The translations under genes and the position numbers were made by a program. A model generated the notes under the pieces. That model was not told where the DNA came from and did not search any database. It worked only from the letters and a program-made list of their open reading frames with translations. Below are positions 26,458 to 40,244 of a stretch of 64,000 bases of DNA, piece by piece; within the stretch, counting starts at the first letter, position 1; each line of letters opens with the position of its first letter. Source of the DNA: Eledone cirrhosa (Eukaryota); assembly GCA_964016885.1 (NCBI GenBank), contig OZ024743.1:220782001-220846000 (forward strand), given 5' to 3'.

Positions 26458-26613
26458 CAGAGCTGTCTTAACGCATGGGCACGCTGGGCAGTTGCCCGGG
26501 GGCCCCACGAGGATAGGGGCCCTACCTATACAACCACTGTGAGGGATTGTGTAGGTAGGGGCCCCAGTGCTCTGCTTTGCCCGGGGGCCTATAATCCTGT
26601 TAGGACGGCCCTG
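26458..26613. mobile_element. hAT-type MITE (156 bp)
   Basis: TIRs CAGAGCTGTCTTAAC / GTTAGGACGGCCCTG; exact 8-bp TSD CCTACACA at 26450-26457 and 26614-26621. Confidence 0.9.
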
Positions 26614-26983
26614 CCTACACAACACACACACATACACAAACAGCCAGACAGACAAACATACACACACGCACACACACACACACACACACGCACACACATA
26701 TATAGTGGTAATAGCTTGCTAGATATATCCAGTATATAGAACAGCTAAAGTGTGTAGGACGAGTTTTTATATAATCATTAAGGCCGATTTTCCCGGTTCA
26801 ATTCCATCGGCAAAGGTTGAATAAGTTGGCCCTCCAACCTAACGAAATCAATGCCCTGATATAGCGCCTTTGCAGTAACTAGCCTTAATTTAATAATTTA
26901 ATATGTATATATATACATGTAATATATGTAATGTATCTGTATCTATATATGTATCTCTATCTCTCTTTCTTTCTCTCTCTCTC

Positions 26984-27094
<111 letters not shown>

Positions 27095-28560
27095 CACATA
27101 TATATATAGAGAGATAATTTGATCGGTGTTGCCTTTAATTACGTAATGATGATTCGCCAGCTTATTAGGTAAACATCTGACAATATAGATTGCGCAGCGA
27201 AATACGTACAAATACACCTGTGTATGTGTTTCTGTAGGTGTGAGGTAATTTGTATATATAGACGAGTGCCCGCATGATTGTTTATGGCTATAGAAGAAAA
27301 AACAAAACAAAACAAACAAACCGAAATAATGGTTTCGTTTCAATCGTTAAGAGAAAGTTAATTAATTTTGGTATCATAAAGTATTCATTTACTTTGTTCT
27401 ATATTCTAATCAAAATTATCGCATTGGATTCGACATAAAACATGTATATATTCCAGATGTATTCCATAAATATAGCTGACATACAAGCAGAGTGGTTGGG
27501 TGATTTGCACAATTCTTTGGGATCTTTTTTTCATTCGCCTTCCATGATTCAGTTTACAACATATCCCCAAAATAACACAGAGCGTAGAAAGAAAAAAAAA
27601 GCTGTTGTTCTTTATTACATTATATATCACACTAGTTTATTTCATTTTATTCTATTTTATTATGATTTATGATATTTTATTCTCGAATATTACTTTATTA
27701 TATTATGTTGTGTTGTATCATATATCGCAATATTTCTATTTTGAGGGTCTTGCTATTTCGATTTTATCAGTTTAACACGATAACATTCACCGTGGAATTT
27801 GAACGGAAAGCAGCTCCCCACCCCCACCCCCCACACACATACACACAGAGACATCTATATATATATATAAATGTACATACACACACACACATATATATAT
27901 TTATATGTATTTATTTAATTTCAATTACCTCTGTATTTTATTTACTTTATTCTTAACTCCGAAGCCGAGAATCATTCGGTTTCCTAGTTAGAATTTTAGT
28001 CTACGACTTCAGTTATACCATTTACGTGGTTTTGTCTTTGCGTGCTATTGTTCTCCCCGTTCCACATATGACGTATTATCTTCGTTTTTTCCGTTCATTG
28101 CCAGAGAACGTCTCTATGAACCACCTAATTGAATATTAGTCTACGACCCCTTTTATACCATAAACGTGGTTTTGTCTTTGCGTGTAATGACGTATTATAT
28201 TCGTTTTTTCCCGTCCTTTGCCAAGGAACGTTTCCACGTACCAAAGTATCGTCTTCCTGTCTTCCCCTGGTTGCAACGTTTTTTGAAATATTCTCTTCCG
28301 CGTTCACAGATTGACTTTGTTAGTTTCAGAAAATCCCGTTAAGGGTGAAAGCAACGATTCTTTGCTTAAACTTTAATCTGTTATTTTAATAAATATATAT
28401 ATTTATATATATGTATATATATAGATGTATATACGTATATAAAAGTTCAACAATTAACTATTTGTGAAAAGGTATGCAAACGAATCACCTTTAGGATAGA
28501 GATCCATCTTTTTATCTATCGATCTATCCAGTCAACCGATCTCTCTTTCTCTCTCTCTCC

Positions 28561-28612
<52 letters not shown>

Positions 28613-28613
28613 G

Positions 28614-28707
28614 ATGGCTGCCCCCTCGTTATCGAGTATGGCCATTGAACGATATACCATTATTAATAATTATTAATTAATTCTATCGTGCAATGCCTGT
28701 GCGTGAA
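28614..28707 (-). mobile_element. 3'-terminal fragment of family B
   Basis: Matches 297-388. Confidence 0.8.
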
Positions 28708-28719
28708 TATATATATATT

Positions 28720-28783
<64 letters not shown>

Positions 28784-29773
28784 TGCGTGTGTAGAAATAT
28801 TATATTTTTTATTTATGTTCATACATGGAACAAAGGCGCTACCCAAAGATTTCAAGGCCCAGATTTGACCATACCTCCAGAATACAAGAGTCATCAAATT
28901 AGAGACCTTCCTTCAGGCGATTAAACTCGTATAAGTGCCTTGAACTCACTAACTCTTGGACCTGTATGGCTTCAATGGAAGGCGTGTGCTGCTATGAATG
29001 TAATGCTGTAAACCATGGTCTGTGAAAGGTAGGATCCAAGTATGGCAGTTGGTGTGCTTTCATCAACTGTAGATTGGTGTGTGTTTGTTGGAGTTTGTAT
29101 GTATGCCTGCTTCTTTTAATTTTATAATGTGTGATTTTTGAAGCGATGCTATCAATTCATGAGTAGCTAAACTTAACATCATGAAAGTTGAATATCTAGT
29201 GACACATATAACAATATAGGAAGTTTTCAGATATATTCGACGATACTTCTAGATTGAATGGAAGATAAAACTATCTTGTTTTTCGCTGAATAAACCAATG
29301 TTTCTGTGAAAACACTTCACAGTTCTTCCGCATTGTAATCACATGCAACCTTGTCGAAGATCGTTTAGTCGCCCGATAAGCTCGAGTTTCTTCTAATAAT
29401 CCCATTTACAAGACTCCTGCATATAGCAGTTACATATAATCTATCTCTGCCTCTCCATCGTTACATCGTTCACTTACTGCATCGCATCAACCCTTCCATG
29501 AATTTAATACTGTATAATTCATATATGTATATATAAATTGGTGGAATGCGTATGAATTATGGAGTAATGAATGGATGGAATGGTTGGAGGCAATGGGGGG
29601 AATGGATGGAGTAGATAGAATGGATGTGTGATGCAGCAACTGAACGAGGTGACGATAGCATGGCGATAGTAGCTGGACTGTTAATATATGTCAGATTACA
29701 TTCTGCCTGATATTCGTGCAAAAAATCCAAACACATCGTTTATAACGAAAGTAATATATCTATATGTGATATG

Positions 29774-29904
<131 letters not shown>

Positions 29905-30236
29905 GTGTCTCTGCGTGCGTATGTGTGTACGTATGTGTTTTTGTACATATATATAGTTATACGTATATAAATATGCATGTTTACATATTCGTATGTATGT
30001 AAATACTTAGAATGAATGGATGAAATGATTTGAAGGGAGAAATTATGAAGTTGACAGCCTGTTACCGAACTACAAGCAATAAACAACAAGAAGACACAAA
30101 TAAATAAGGTAGAGTGGTGGGTTCGAACGAGACAATGAAATTATGAAGTGAATCTATACATTTATAAATACATAAAATATTGTATAATGTAATGCTACAT
30201 TTCCGTATTTGTAATAAGCGTATATACATCATTCAT

Positions 30237-30272
30237 TCTTCTGATGAAGGATTAGCGCCCGAAACGTTAAGG
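30237..30272 (+). ncRNA. Minimal PLE-type hammerhead ribozyme motif
   Basis: TCTT-CTGATGA-A-GG attagcgc CC-GAAAC-GTT-AAGG; stem III reduced to palindrome AACGTT; downstream ~100 bp similar to 40060-40155. Confidence 0.75.
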
Positions 30273-30592
30273 CACTCTTGCTGCTATTTCAATCGTTAAA
30301 CTAATATATTCCTTCCATATATTGTACCGATTGTGTTGTTTTTTCTGTTTACTTTTTACATACTGACATCAATTGGCCTTGACCCCCTTGAGTCATAAAT
30401 ATTTTTCTTTGTTTTTTTAGCCTCCTGGATTGTGTTTACCTTTATTCCTTTATTATATAACCTGTATGCAATAAACACCTAATGATGCCACCAGGACCTT
30501 ACGGAACGTGGTCACTAACATGTACATAGAGTTTGCTATAATAAAGCTTTGAAGGAATTTCACCAGTCCGGCCTCCTGTTATTTTACTCAAT

Positions 30593-30670
<78 letters not shown>

Positions 30671-30886
30671 TTAGAACCCTGTAACCACTAAGCTCTAAGT
30701 ATAAAGTACAAATAAATACTGAGCCGATTAACAATATATAGTAAGAAACACAGTAAACCGTGTGTCTAAAATTACAAGGGTTGAAAAACCACATATGCTT
30801 GAAATATTTAACCAAGAAACAGACAGGATGACAGAATGAAAATAAAAATATATTATCATAATACAAACCGCCTCAATAACCATTAT

Positions 30887-30968
30887 ATCTCTCGGACAGA
30901 TTATCCCTAATCTGTTTCGCCCTGAGTGTGTTTGTAACAGATAATCCTGGGCTTCATCAGCGAGAGAT
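30887..30968 (-). ncRNA. Complete type I hammerhead ribozyme
   Basis: Reverse complement of 31388-31469. Confidence 0.92.
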
Positions 30969-31387
30969 TGCAATTAAATGTCACAAACACTATTTGCCAA
31001 CGTTCACACAGAAAGATGAATTTATCACCCCGTGCGCCGCCAGTCAAACGTGGTAAGCGCGTATTGAACAGAAATAACAGTCCAACACGCACAACTTAAT
31101 AGCTCATCCTGTAAGAGAGCCGAAATATATATATGAATTATAACCCTGTAACCATTAAGCTCTAAGTATAAAGTACAAATAAATACTGAGCCGATTAACA
31201 ATATAGTAAGGGTTCTAATTCATATATATATTTCGGCTCTCTTACAGGATGAGCTATTAAGTTGTGCGTGTTGGACTGTTATTTCTGTTCAATACGCGCT
31301 TACCACGTTTGACTGGCGGCGCACGGGGTGATAAATTCATCTTTCTGTGTGAACGTTGGCAAATAGTGTTTGTGACATTTAATTGCA

Positions 31388-31469
31388 ATCTCTCGCTGAT
31401 GAAGCCCAGGATTATCTGTTACAAACACACTCAGGGCGAAACAGATTAGGGATAATCTGTCCGAGAGAT
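31388..31469 (+). ncRNA. Complete type I hammerhead ribozyme, predicted cleavage after GUC at 31461
   Basis: Stem I ATCTCTCG/CGAGAGAT (8 bp); core CTGATGA+A; stem II GCCC/GGGC; GAA; stem III ACAGATTA-ggga-TAATCTGT (8 bp); C17. Confidence 0.92.
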
Positions 31470-31624
31470 ATAATGGTTATTGAGGCGGTTTGTATTATGA
31501 TAATATATTTTTATTTTCATTTTGTCATCCTGTCTGTTTCTTGGTTAAATATTTCAAGCATATGTGGTTTTTCAACCCTTGTAATTTTAGACACACGGTT
31601 TACTGTGTTTCTTACTATATATTG

Positions 31625-31752
<128 letters not shown>

Positions 31753-31753
31753 C

Positions 31754-31793
31754 CCGAGTTGAAGATCCGCGAAGGTGAAACAATTGTTCTCGG
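31754..31793 (+). ncRNA. Minimal hammerhead motif making up much of a ~75-bp insert in (TA)n
   Basis: CCGAG-TTGAAGA-T CC gcgaa GG T-GAAAC-AATT-GTT-CTCGG; perfect 5-bp stem I; palindromic stem III ACAATTGT; C3 replaced by U. Confidence 0.75.
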
Positions 31794-31820
31794 TATGGTG
31801 AACTACCTGTTGTGTAACCA

Positions 31821-31884
<64 letters not shown>

Positions 31885-32099
31885 GTATTTACGTATCGAG
31901 AAAGAGAAAAAAAGGGGGGATAGGTGATACATATAGTTATTTGCCAAGTAGCGTATGCCAAAGGTGCTCGATACTAGTGCCGGCAGTATTAAATATTCGA
32001 AGTGTTAATATTTAGTGGGCTAGAGAGTTAGCAGAGCGTAAGCACGTGGGAAAGTAAAACATCGGAGAATAGACCGTTAAAACATGTTTATTTAAAACA

Positions 32100-32139
32100 G
32101 CACCTACGTACGTTTCGCCCAGTTGGGCTTCTCAAGGGC
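32100..32139 (-). ncRNA. Minimal hammerhead ribozyme in 3' pseudo-LTR
   Basis: Reverse complement of 32905-32944; sense with the ORF fragment. Confidence 0.85.
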
Positions 32140-32428
32140 ATAAATAATTACAAGTGTTCCTTATATTGCTCGGAAAGAGTTTTTGGGGTTAAATCCACAT
32201 CAAGGTTCATTGGGCGCAAAAATATCTTGTTTTGATTTTGCAGCAGGTCAAGGGAGGTAACTCTGGCCGGTTTTAGGGCAGTCTTTCCCGGACAATTTTT
32301 TTTTTTTTTTCCGCATCCGTTTGTCTGAGGCTGGGTCTGGCATGCAAGAATTGTTTCCTGGGTGTTATTTTGCAGCGCCTGCCCGCCGGGGTGTTAAGAC
32401 TTGTTGCAGGGAGATCCAGTGTACTGTT

Positions 32429-32658
32429 TCACTCTTCATCCTTAACCCATCTGAAGAAGGATATTTTTAAGCGATGTGTTAAACTTATCGCTGTTTCAGC
32501 TCTGCTGTTGATGAGCTCGTGGGGTGCAGTTATGATGTGGTAGAGCTCCATGAGGCAAAGATCGCATTTCCTCTTGAAGTTGTACGGTGCAGCCCTGCCA
32601 ACAATCTCCCAGTGCGTGGAGAAGCTGATGCTTAAGTCCTTTAGTGATGTGATGTAGT
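32429..32658 (-). pseudogene. C-terminal fragment of a PLE GIY-YIG endonuclease
   Basis: WEIVGRAAPY...KCDLCLMELYHII...LINSRAE...THRLK matches the W-x-I..A-x-PY..C-x-LCL-x-E..LN-x-R-x-E..H pattern recalled for CxxC-containing (Naiad-type) PLE endonucleases. Confidence 0.8.
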
Positions 32659-32904
32659 CGCAGCAAAATAACACCCAGGAAACAATCCTTGCATACCAGA
32701 CCCAGCCTCAGACAAACGGATGCTGCAAAAAAAAAAAAAAAAAAAAAATTGTCCGGGAAAGACTGCCCTAACACCGGCCAGAATAACCTCCATTGACCTG
32801 CTGCAAAATCAAAACAAGATATTTTTGCGAGCAATGAACCTTGATGTAGATTTAACCCCCAAAACTCTTTCCGAGCGATATAAGGAACACTTGTGATTAT
32901 TTAT

Positions 32905-32944
32905 GCCCTTGAGAAGCCCAACTGGGCGAAACGTACGTAGGTGC
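32905..32944 (+). ncRNA. Minimal hammerhead ribozyme (U3-A8 variant), predicted cleavage after GUA at 32939
   Basis: GCCC-TTGAGAA-GCCC aact GGGC-GAAAC-GTAC-GTA-GGTGC; palindromic ACGTACGT stem III; AATAAA shortly downstream. Confidence 0.85.
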
Positions 32945-33458
32945 TGTTTTAAATAAACATGTTTTAACGGTCTATTCTCCGATTTTTTACTTTCCCACGT
33001 AAATATACATATATATATATATATACATATTATATATTATATACAAAAGCACAGCACCATAGTCATATCTGGAACTAGTATCACATGGTTACAAAGTTTA
33101 CTCCTTAACCACGCAGCCATGCCTGTGCCTCTGCAGACAGCTAATATGATATTTCCATTGAAAGTTTAAAATAACCAGATGTAACCTAAGAGTTGAGTTG
33201 CGACCTCCATTAATTTTAAAATCTGAAGATTCTTACAGCCAACTTTTCTCTGTGTTTGTGCAGTTAGAGGATTTAAATGGCGAAAATTTATGACTTCCAA
33301 TATGGCGATAAATCATCCTTCGCAAGTTAAAGAAAGGGAAGACAATGCTGATATTGTTCAATTATATCAACTATTCCGGAAGTTGTTTTGATTCGATAAA
33401 TTATTGCTTCTCATAGTGTGTGATAAGCACATACAAATACACGCAGACTTCCCACCTC

Positions 33459-33526
<68 letters not shown>

Positions 33527-33637
33527 ATATGTATATATACATGTGTGTGTGAGTGTGTGTGCTTGTGAGACTGCATATGTGTGTATGTCTGTGCATGTAC
33601 GTATATACTTATATATATATACTTATATATATATATT

Positions 33638-33671
<34 letters not shown>

Positions 33672-34141
33672 GTGGGGTGGGGGTGGGGGTGCGTGTGTGG
33701 GGGGAGGGGGCGGATGTGTGTGTGTGCGTAGCCATTTGTTGAGTAATTATATATTGAAATATGTGATACCCTTTGAACTCTCCATGTTTTACGTGAATAA
33801 GATATTAAGTGTTAAATGTGTGTATTAACAAGGAACTCTGTTTGTTATGGGCGTAATATGCAGATCTTACTAAGAATGAGTGATCAAAGTTTCAGTTAAA
33901 CACATTTTATTCGTAATCACACGTAATATGTGCTTCACAAATGACAAGCTCGCTGCTTTGAACTATTACATGAGAGATGAACATTTTCTGATTGTGATCT
34001 CCAGTACATCTGTTGAAATCGGTCCTCGAATAGAAGTTGATTGTATTTAATTAAGGCTTCGAACTTGTCATTTGCAAAACACGTGTTACTCATGATTATA
34101 AATAAAATATGTTAACTTAAACTTCTATCGCAAATACTCTC

Positions 34142-34234
<93 letters not shown>

Positions 34235-34509
34235 TTGTGTGTCTGTCAGCGTGTATGTGTGTGTATGTGCATGTGTGTGCGTGCGTCTATGTGTGCGTTG
34301 CATATATATATATATATATGGATAAGAATCCACAAATCTGATAAGCTGTCGATTCCAGACTCGGCTGCAATCATGATATATATATATACATATACACATA
34401 CATATATATATATATTCTCCTCCAGTGAAATCGTATGGGCAACACACAATTTGATGTATAGAGCAAAACAAAACAACAAAGTGATAAAGAGCTAGAGCTA
34501 CCCTAAGTA

Positions 34510-34637
34510 CCATATTTTCCGACCTTGAAACGATGAAAGCAAAGTTGACTTCTGTCGGATTTGAACTTAAGAAAATGTTGGAATGAATACCAGAATGCAT
34601 TCTATCCGATCTTTTAACGACTCTGCTAATCTGCCGC
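34510..34637 (-). mobile_element. Diverged S1-related SINE
   Basis: GATGAAAGCAAAGTTGACTTCTGTCGGATTTGAACT..ACTCTGCTAATCTGCCGC. Confidence 0.65.
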
Positions 34638-35799
34638 ATACATATATCGGAACTGTTCACGTTTGTGCCTACGATTTTTAATGCACTTGATTTTGTAACA
34701 CATCGTTTAGGCACAATCTTTGAGCACTTTCGTTGTTCAAACGAAGACATATAGAATGCAGTGAGTGTTCTTCAAATTCAATTACTAAGTGTGACTGAGG
34801 GAAATAATCAATATATTTTTGAAATTCAGTTCGCAACTAGATTTATTATCAATAACAGAATCCAGCTGTCTTTTTTGTGAATATTTTTTTTCCACAAATG
34901 AAAATTTTCAAAAATTGTAAAAGAATAGATAAAAAATGTTTGACATTGTCTGGTTTCCAATAAGAGAATCTCGTTACTACATTGCTAGACCTCATTTCTT
35001 GTTCTGTTGCACAGAAAAATAATTAAATATAAATATTGGCGCCTTGCGTCAGTAGAAAGAATACACATTTATACACGTTGAGTAGTGAATTCGATTAAAA
35101 TTAACTTCCCATTTATTTTTTTGACCCCGAAGGCCTGAAGAACAAGTTTGGAATAAACAACAATAAAATTAAATTCTGAAAAGTATGTAGTTTTACAATC
35201 TACCGTTAGTGCAAAGTCCCTAATATTTTGCAGTGTCTGCTATAATTTCCGATATCAGTTCCACGGTTTCTCTAAACTTTTTCAATATTAGTTACATTTA
35301 GCTTGAGGGTGGGGATAATATAGTTCATATATAGTCGGAAATGGGGATGCTTATCACTTTCAAATCTTTTGCAAGTTCGCCAATAATATCTGAACTCGTG
35401 TAATATTTAACCCATATTAGAAACTTTACTCTTAATCTTCTACGCTTCGTCAAATGTACATACAACTTGTCGGGGCATGTAGGTGCGTATTTCCCGTCTA
35501 AGCTGTGGAGGTCTTATGCTATGCAACATCCTTTAGATCTACAAAGTAAAATACTGTCTGCATATCTCTCATTGACGCTAACGAGTGCAACTAGGTTTTA
35601 GAATTAATAGTGATAGATTCCATTTCATATGGCTGCCACGCCTTTCCTTGTAGTTGTGGTATTATCCGAGGATTTGAACAACTTTATTGTTGGGCTCGAT
35701 CTAATTCAGTGAAAAACATACATCAATTTTACAATAATTTCTTCATTGTTACGTGCCGAAGCTGTAATTGGTGGACATCGACTGTTTAACGTAGGAGCT

Positions 35800-36045
35800 A
35801 TAAATGAGTAAATAAAAGAAAAAGAGTGGTTATACGTCTTAAACCGTATGGTGACCAAATGGGGTCCCACGTGCTAGCCCCTCCACAGGCCGGGCGGACA
35901 GAATGGAGTATGCCTTACCCCGGAGGATGGTAAGGGAGATGCGCTGGAAGAGCCATTCCAACTCGCGAGCCTCACATCTGCGGCTGGCCAGTTCAGCGCC
36001 TATGGTCGTGAATAGGGAGGTAACGAACTCTCTTGACATCCGTCA
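35800..36045 (-). mobile_element. 3' fragment of a restriction-like-endonuclease LINE (CRE-like)
   Basis: Translation ...ARELEWLFQRISLTILRGKAYSIL resembles the QR-x-S-x-x-I-x-RGNA C-terminal motif of CRE-type elements; GC-rich island in AT-rich flanks. Confidence 0.7.
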
Positions 36046-36117
36046 GACGTGGTCTTCAAATCAACTGAGATGCCTGTTTTCACCTTTTTCAAGGGTACTT
36101 TACCGGTTTTTATCAAC

Positions 36118-36200
<83 letters not shown>

Positions 36201-36204
36201 GGGG

Positions 36205-36237
<33 letters not shown>

Positions 36238-39200
36238 TATATACACACACATATATACATGATTTATTTGAATGTGATTGCTTTTATAGATATGTAGTTA
36301 TGAAAATATGGTGACCTTTAAATCTAATGTAAACAAGGAAACATTAAGAATCAATGCATAAACATCAGTGTTTAATGTGTTTTAAATGAGGTGTATGATT
36401 TTTAAGTTTTAAGAAACAAATTAATATATGATAAAATAAAAGCAATTTAAACTTGGCATTACTTAACTGAAATAATGAAAGAAGAAAAACACGTACCACA
36501 TCAATTTACATTGAATATATGAATATTGCTTAACGAGACATTAACATAACATGATGACTCTGTTTATCTCGTTTTAATTAATGAATCTAAGTAATTTACA
36601 TCTCTAAGTGGGGCTTAAAACGATTAATAATATTGTGACTTTGAATAAACCGTATGTAATAACAAGTTTTGGGACAGACAAGAGGATCGCTGGAGTGGTA
36701 GTTGTTTTGAAACTAAATCAATTACGATGCAGAATAACCATTTTAACCACTCTACAAACACAGAAAATCGGTTAAATTCCTTTTACATTCATAATTTATC
36801 TCTCTGTATCAAAACTTTCGTCACTCTGTTTGCGACCTGGTCACTAACACAATTCCACTGCATCTCATTACGTGGTATTTTATTCATGTAATGTATCGTG
36901 GCCATTGTGAATTAAAGGGGCGGCAGTTCTAGGGTTAGGGAGAAAATTACAGGTATGTATATTGATAGAGACCTACTATAAATATAATGTTTAGCGCTCT
37001 CCGAATTGCTAAAGAACACTCAAGAAGTCTTTTAATAATGACCTTTAATATTCGTAAAGAAATGTCACGAATGAAGATGTCATGGAAAGTGCCAGATTAA
37101 ATAATTTATGGGATACCATCACTGTATGACGGCCATGAGCCACGCCTGTCGTAGAGGAGGGAAATGAAAGCTTCTATTTAGTGAAATCTTGAGAGGACGG
37201 GCGGTCATACAATCCGAGTCAGACAATTCAAGACATGGCATCTATCTAAGAACTGAAGATGGTATTGTTGATCAGGGATGTGTGGAAGAGCCACTTTTAT
37301 TTTGCCTTGGCCACTGAACGGGTGTCTCGGTTACTGTACTCACTAGAAAAACCTAAACTGAAATTACCAATTTAATGAAAGGGTCTTTAATTACACCGGG
37401 CATCTACTACGGATCTCGCCGTAGTTTAAAGTTTATTTTAAAGTAGTAACGTTTCTGGCACGAGTTGTAACCGGCATACAGAATCGGCAATGGAAAGATC
37501 AATATAAAATTGTTTCCTTTGTTCGATCTAATAATGGGGATAATTTTCAATTCTTTTACATTTCTCAATAACATTACTCAGATATTTGAAGGCGCCGCTC
37601 CAGCATGGTCGCTGTCTAATGACTGAAACTAGTAAACTTATAATAGAATACAAGAATATAATTTAAATAAAATTATTATCCCTATTCTCCGATCATCACT
37701 GAGTTACTTTACTGATTTAAAATTCTCATAAAAATAAAAATAAACCAACTAACATAAAGCGTACATGTGACAAATGTTCACACGCTAAAGATTTAATAAT
37801 TTGAAGTATCATGTGTATCTCTGAAGCAGATATAAGCATGTTCACATGTTCCTATCAACGTTATATAAATCATTCATGTGTCTATACATAGAAAAGAGGA
37901 ACAAGCCATGAAAGAAACATAATGAAATTATGTTAAATTTATAAAATTTTCGAAGATCAGAATCCCGATACTATAAAGAAATAAAACCACAATGAAACAC
38001 AATAATATATGAGATTAAAATCTCTCCAGAGTTGTAATTGAATAAATTCTGACTTTCGGTGAAAACATACAACTCTTCACAATAACGAAAAGATTCAATT
38101 ATATAATTGATAGCAAAATTACTGCAATGAAATAAAAGTTTGCAACTTGAATGGAATTTGAACTCGATCTCTATTAATTTTAAGCGTAGTAAAGTGGATA
38201 TTTTTTTTTTTGTGTTTTTACAAAAGACAACGAATAAATTTAAAAGGCAGTGCAGAGGAGATAATATAGCGTTTATGTCACTCATCAAGTATTAGCAGAG
38301 GAATTTAAGTGAATTGGTCGAGAAATAGCAACTTCCAGTGTTAAAAGTGAATCACCAAAAACTAAGCATTTGTTGTATTCTGGTTATGATGGATCATCCA
38401 TTGATTTAAGTGCTGAGCATTTGACAAGTTGTTCCATGAACAGAGCATACGATTCGTCTATTGAAGTGTAGAAGACCAAGTATTCCAGAGACACGTGCAC
38501 CTTTCACGCAATCTTCAGACAGAATCAGGGAAATACAATATGTGACAAAGCTGGCCCCATGCACCGCAGCAAATATAGTTTTACACTGTTTCCAATGACC
38601 CTATTTCCCTCACAAGTCTTGGCTTGATCCAAGTCTGTGGTAAAAACCATTTTTCCAAAATGAAACCAAGACAACATGATTGCAAAACAAACTTTAACCA
38701 CGCAAACCTGCTCATTGTCACCCATGTGCTATTCATTCTAAATGAAATATATCACTATTGATCTCTTTAGATTAAACGCAATGTTTGATGTGTGTATTTA
38801 AGTCATGATTTATAATTTTAAAAATTTATTGCTGAGAATGGAAATCGAAACCTAATATTCTCGTTAGAATCATATCTCTTACTACAGGGTAGAAATAAAT
38901 ATTAAAGTAAAGGTGGTCGTAAAGCATCGAATAAAATGCCTCTGCGATATTTCTTCGGGATCTTAATATTCTACCGAAGTCGATTTTGCATTTCATCCTT
39001 CCGGCGTCGTTAAAATAATGTACCAATCAAGTACTGTGACTAATTTAATCATCTTTACTCTTCATCTATATTGACTGGCATTGTGCCTCAATTTGAAATC
39101 ATTATCAAAGTTTGAATAACGTTTCAAAAGGAGTAAACGTTCGAGCAAACCAATAGTGAGACATGGTTTAACGTTATTTATTCAATTTACAATCCAGTGA

Positions 39201-40175
39201 GCCTCAGAATGACACCTTAACGTTTCTCACTTATATTGATGTATGGACTCTTTGTGTCTGCTTTTTGATATGAAAGAGCGAGGCACCCCCTCTAGTTCTA
39301 GTATACAAAACAGGGTAATTTAACGTATATAACCTTCAGTCATAATTATATACGAAAACTGATAAACTTGCTATGTTCCACAATCCAACTTCTCAATGAG
39401 AAAGATATTTATATTACTAAATCCCCCTGAAGTCTTGATTAATTTCAAAATAACTAAACAGAGTCTTCCGTTAGAAATATATTAATGAAAGGGTTAAATA
39501 GAAACCGATATTTAAGTAACACAGTGGAAGCCAAAGAAAAGTGATTCACTTTAACTTCAGATAATGTAATCCTGCCACACAGTTTTAATTCTGGACTCAT
39601 ATAAGTGGCCATATAAGTATGTAATAATTAAAAACATACTCCCAGTTCCAAATTTCCTCTGGTAAAGTGAGTATTTGAAAGTATATATTTAGTTCTTTTA
39701 CAGAATTAAGCGATTTTGGGATATTTTGGAGCAAGGACTTGAAAGGATTTTTGTCCATCTTATCGATTACAGAAATTATTATTTCAAGTCTGGTATTTAT
39801 TTTATCGACCTCTTTTTGTCGAACCATTTAGTTACGGAAGCCAAATATAATTTAAACGTAAATAGACACACAGAGAAATAAATACAAATGCAGGCACACT
39901 CACACACACACATACAAACACAGATACTCACATATGACTGAATGAATACGCGCGCGTGTTTTTGTCCCAATGTGTCCGTTCCTTCCTCATCTCACTTTCT
40001 GTTTTTCTATTTCATCTTTTATTATTCATTCTATACTCCTAATCAATAACTGGTATCTGAAACGTTAAGACTATTTTCCTATTATTTCAAACGTTAAACT
40101 AATAAATTTCTTTATTGTACTGTGTCGTTTGCTTTTTTATTTCTGTTTACGTTTCACACACACACCCACACACAC

Positions 40176-40240
<65 letters not shown>

Positions 40241-40244
<4 letters not shown>

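Larger units (their letters stand above)
31885..33008 (-). mobile_element. 5'-truncated Penelope-like element with inverted 5' pseudo-LTR
   Basis: 32044-32377 and 32659-33000 are diverged reverse complements flanking an endonuclease C-terminal fragment; hammerhead in each arm; (TA)n flanks. Confidence 0.9.

Noticed and set aside
27996-28240. Diverged ~140-bp tandem duplication (also a 38-bp duplication at 26045-26125 and a ~33-bp one at 1200-1262)
   Set aside because: Ordinary local duplications with no additional structure.
31094-31130. Opposite-polarity ribozyme in the 467-nt unit (GCTC...GAGC-CGAAA), which would imply viroid-like ambisense cleavage
   Set aside because: No CUGANGA core or stem I; only a hairpin followed by GAAA.
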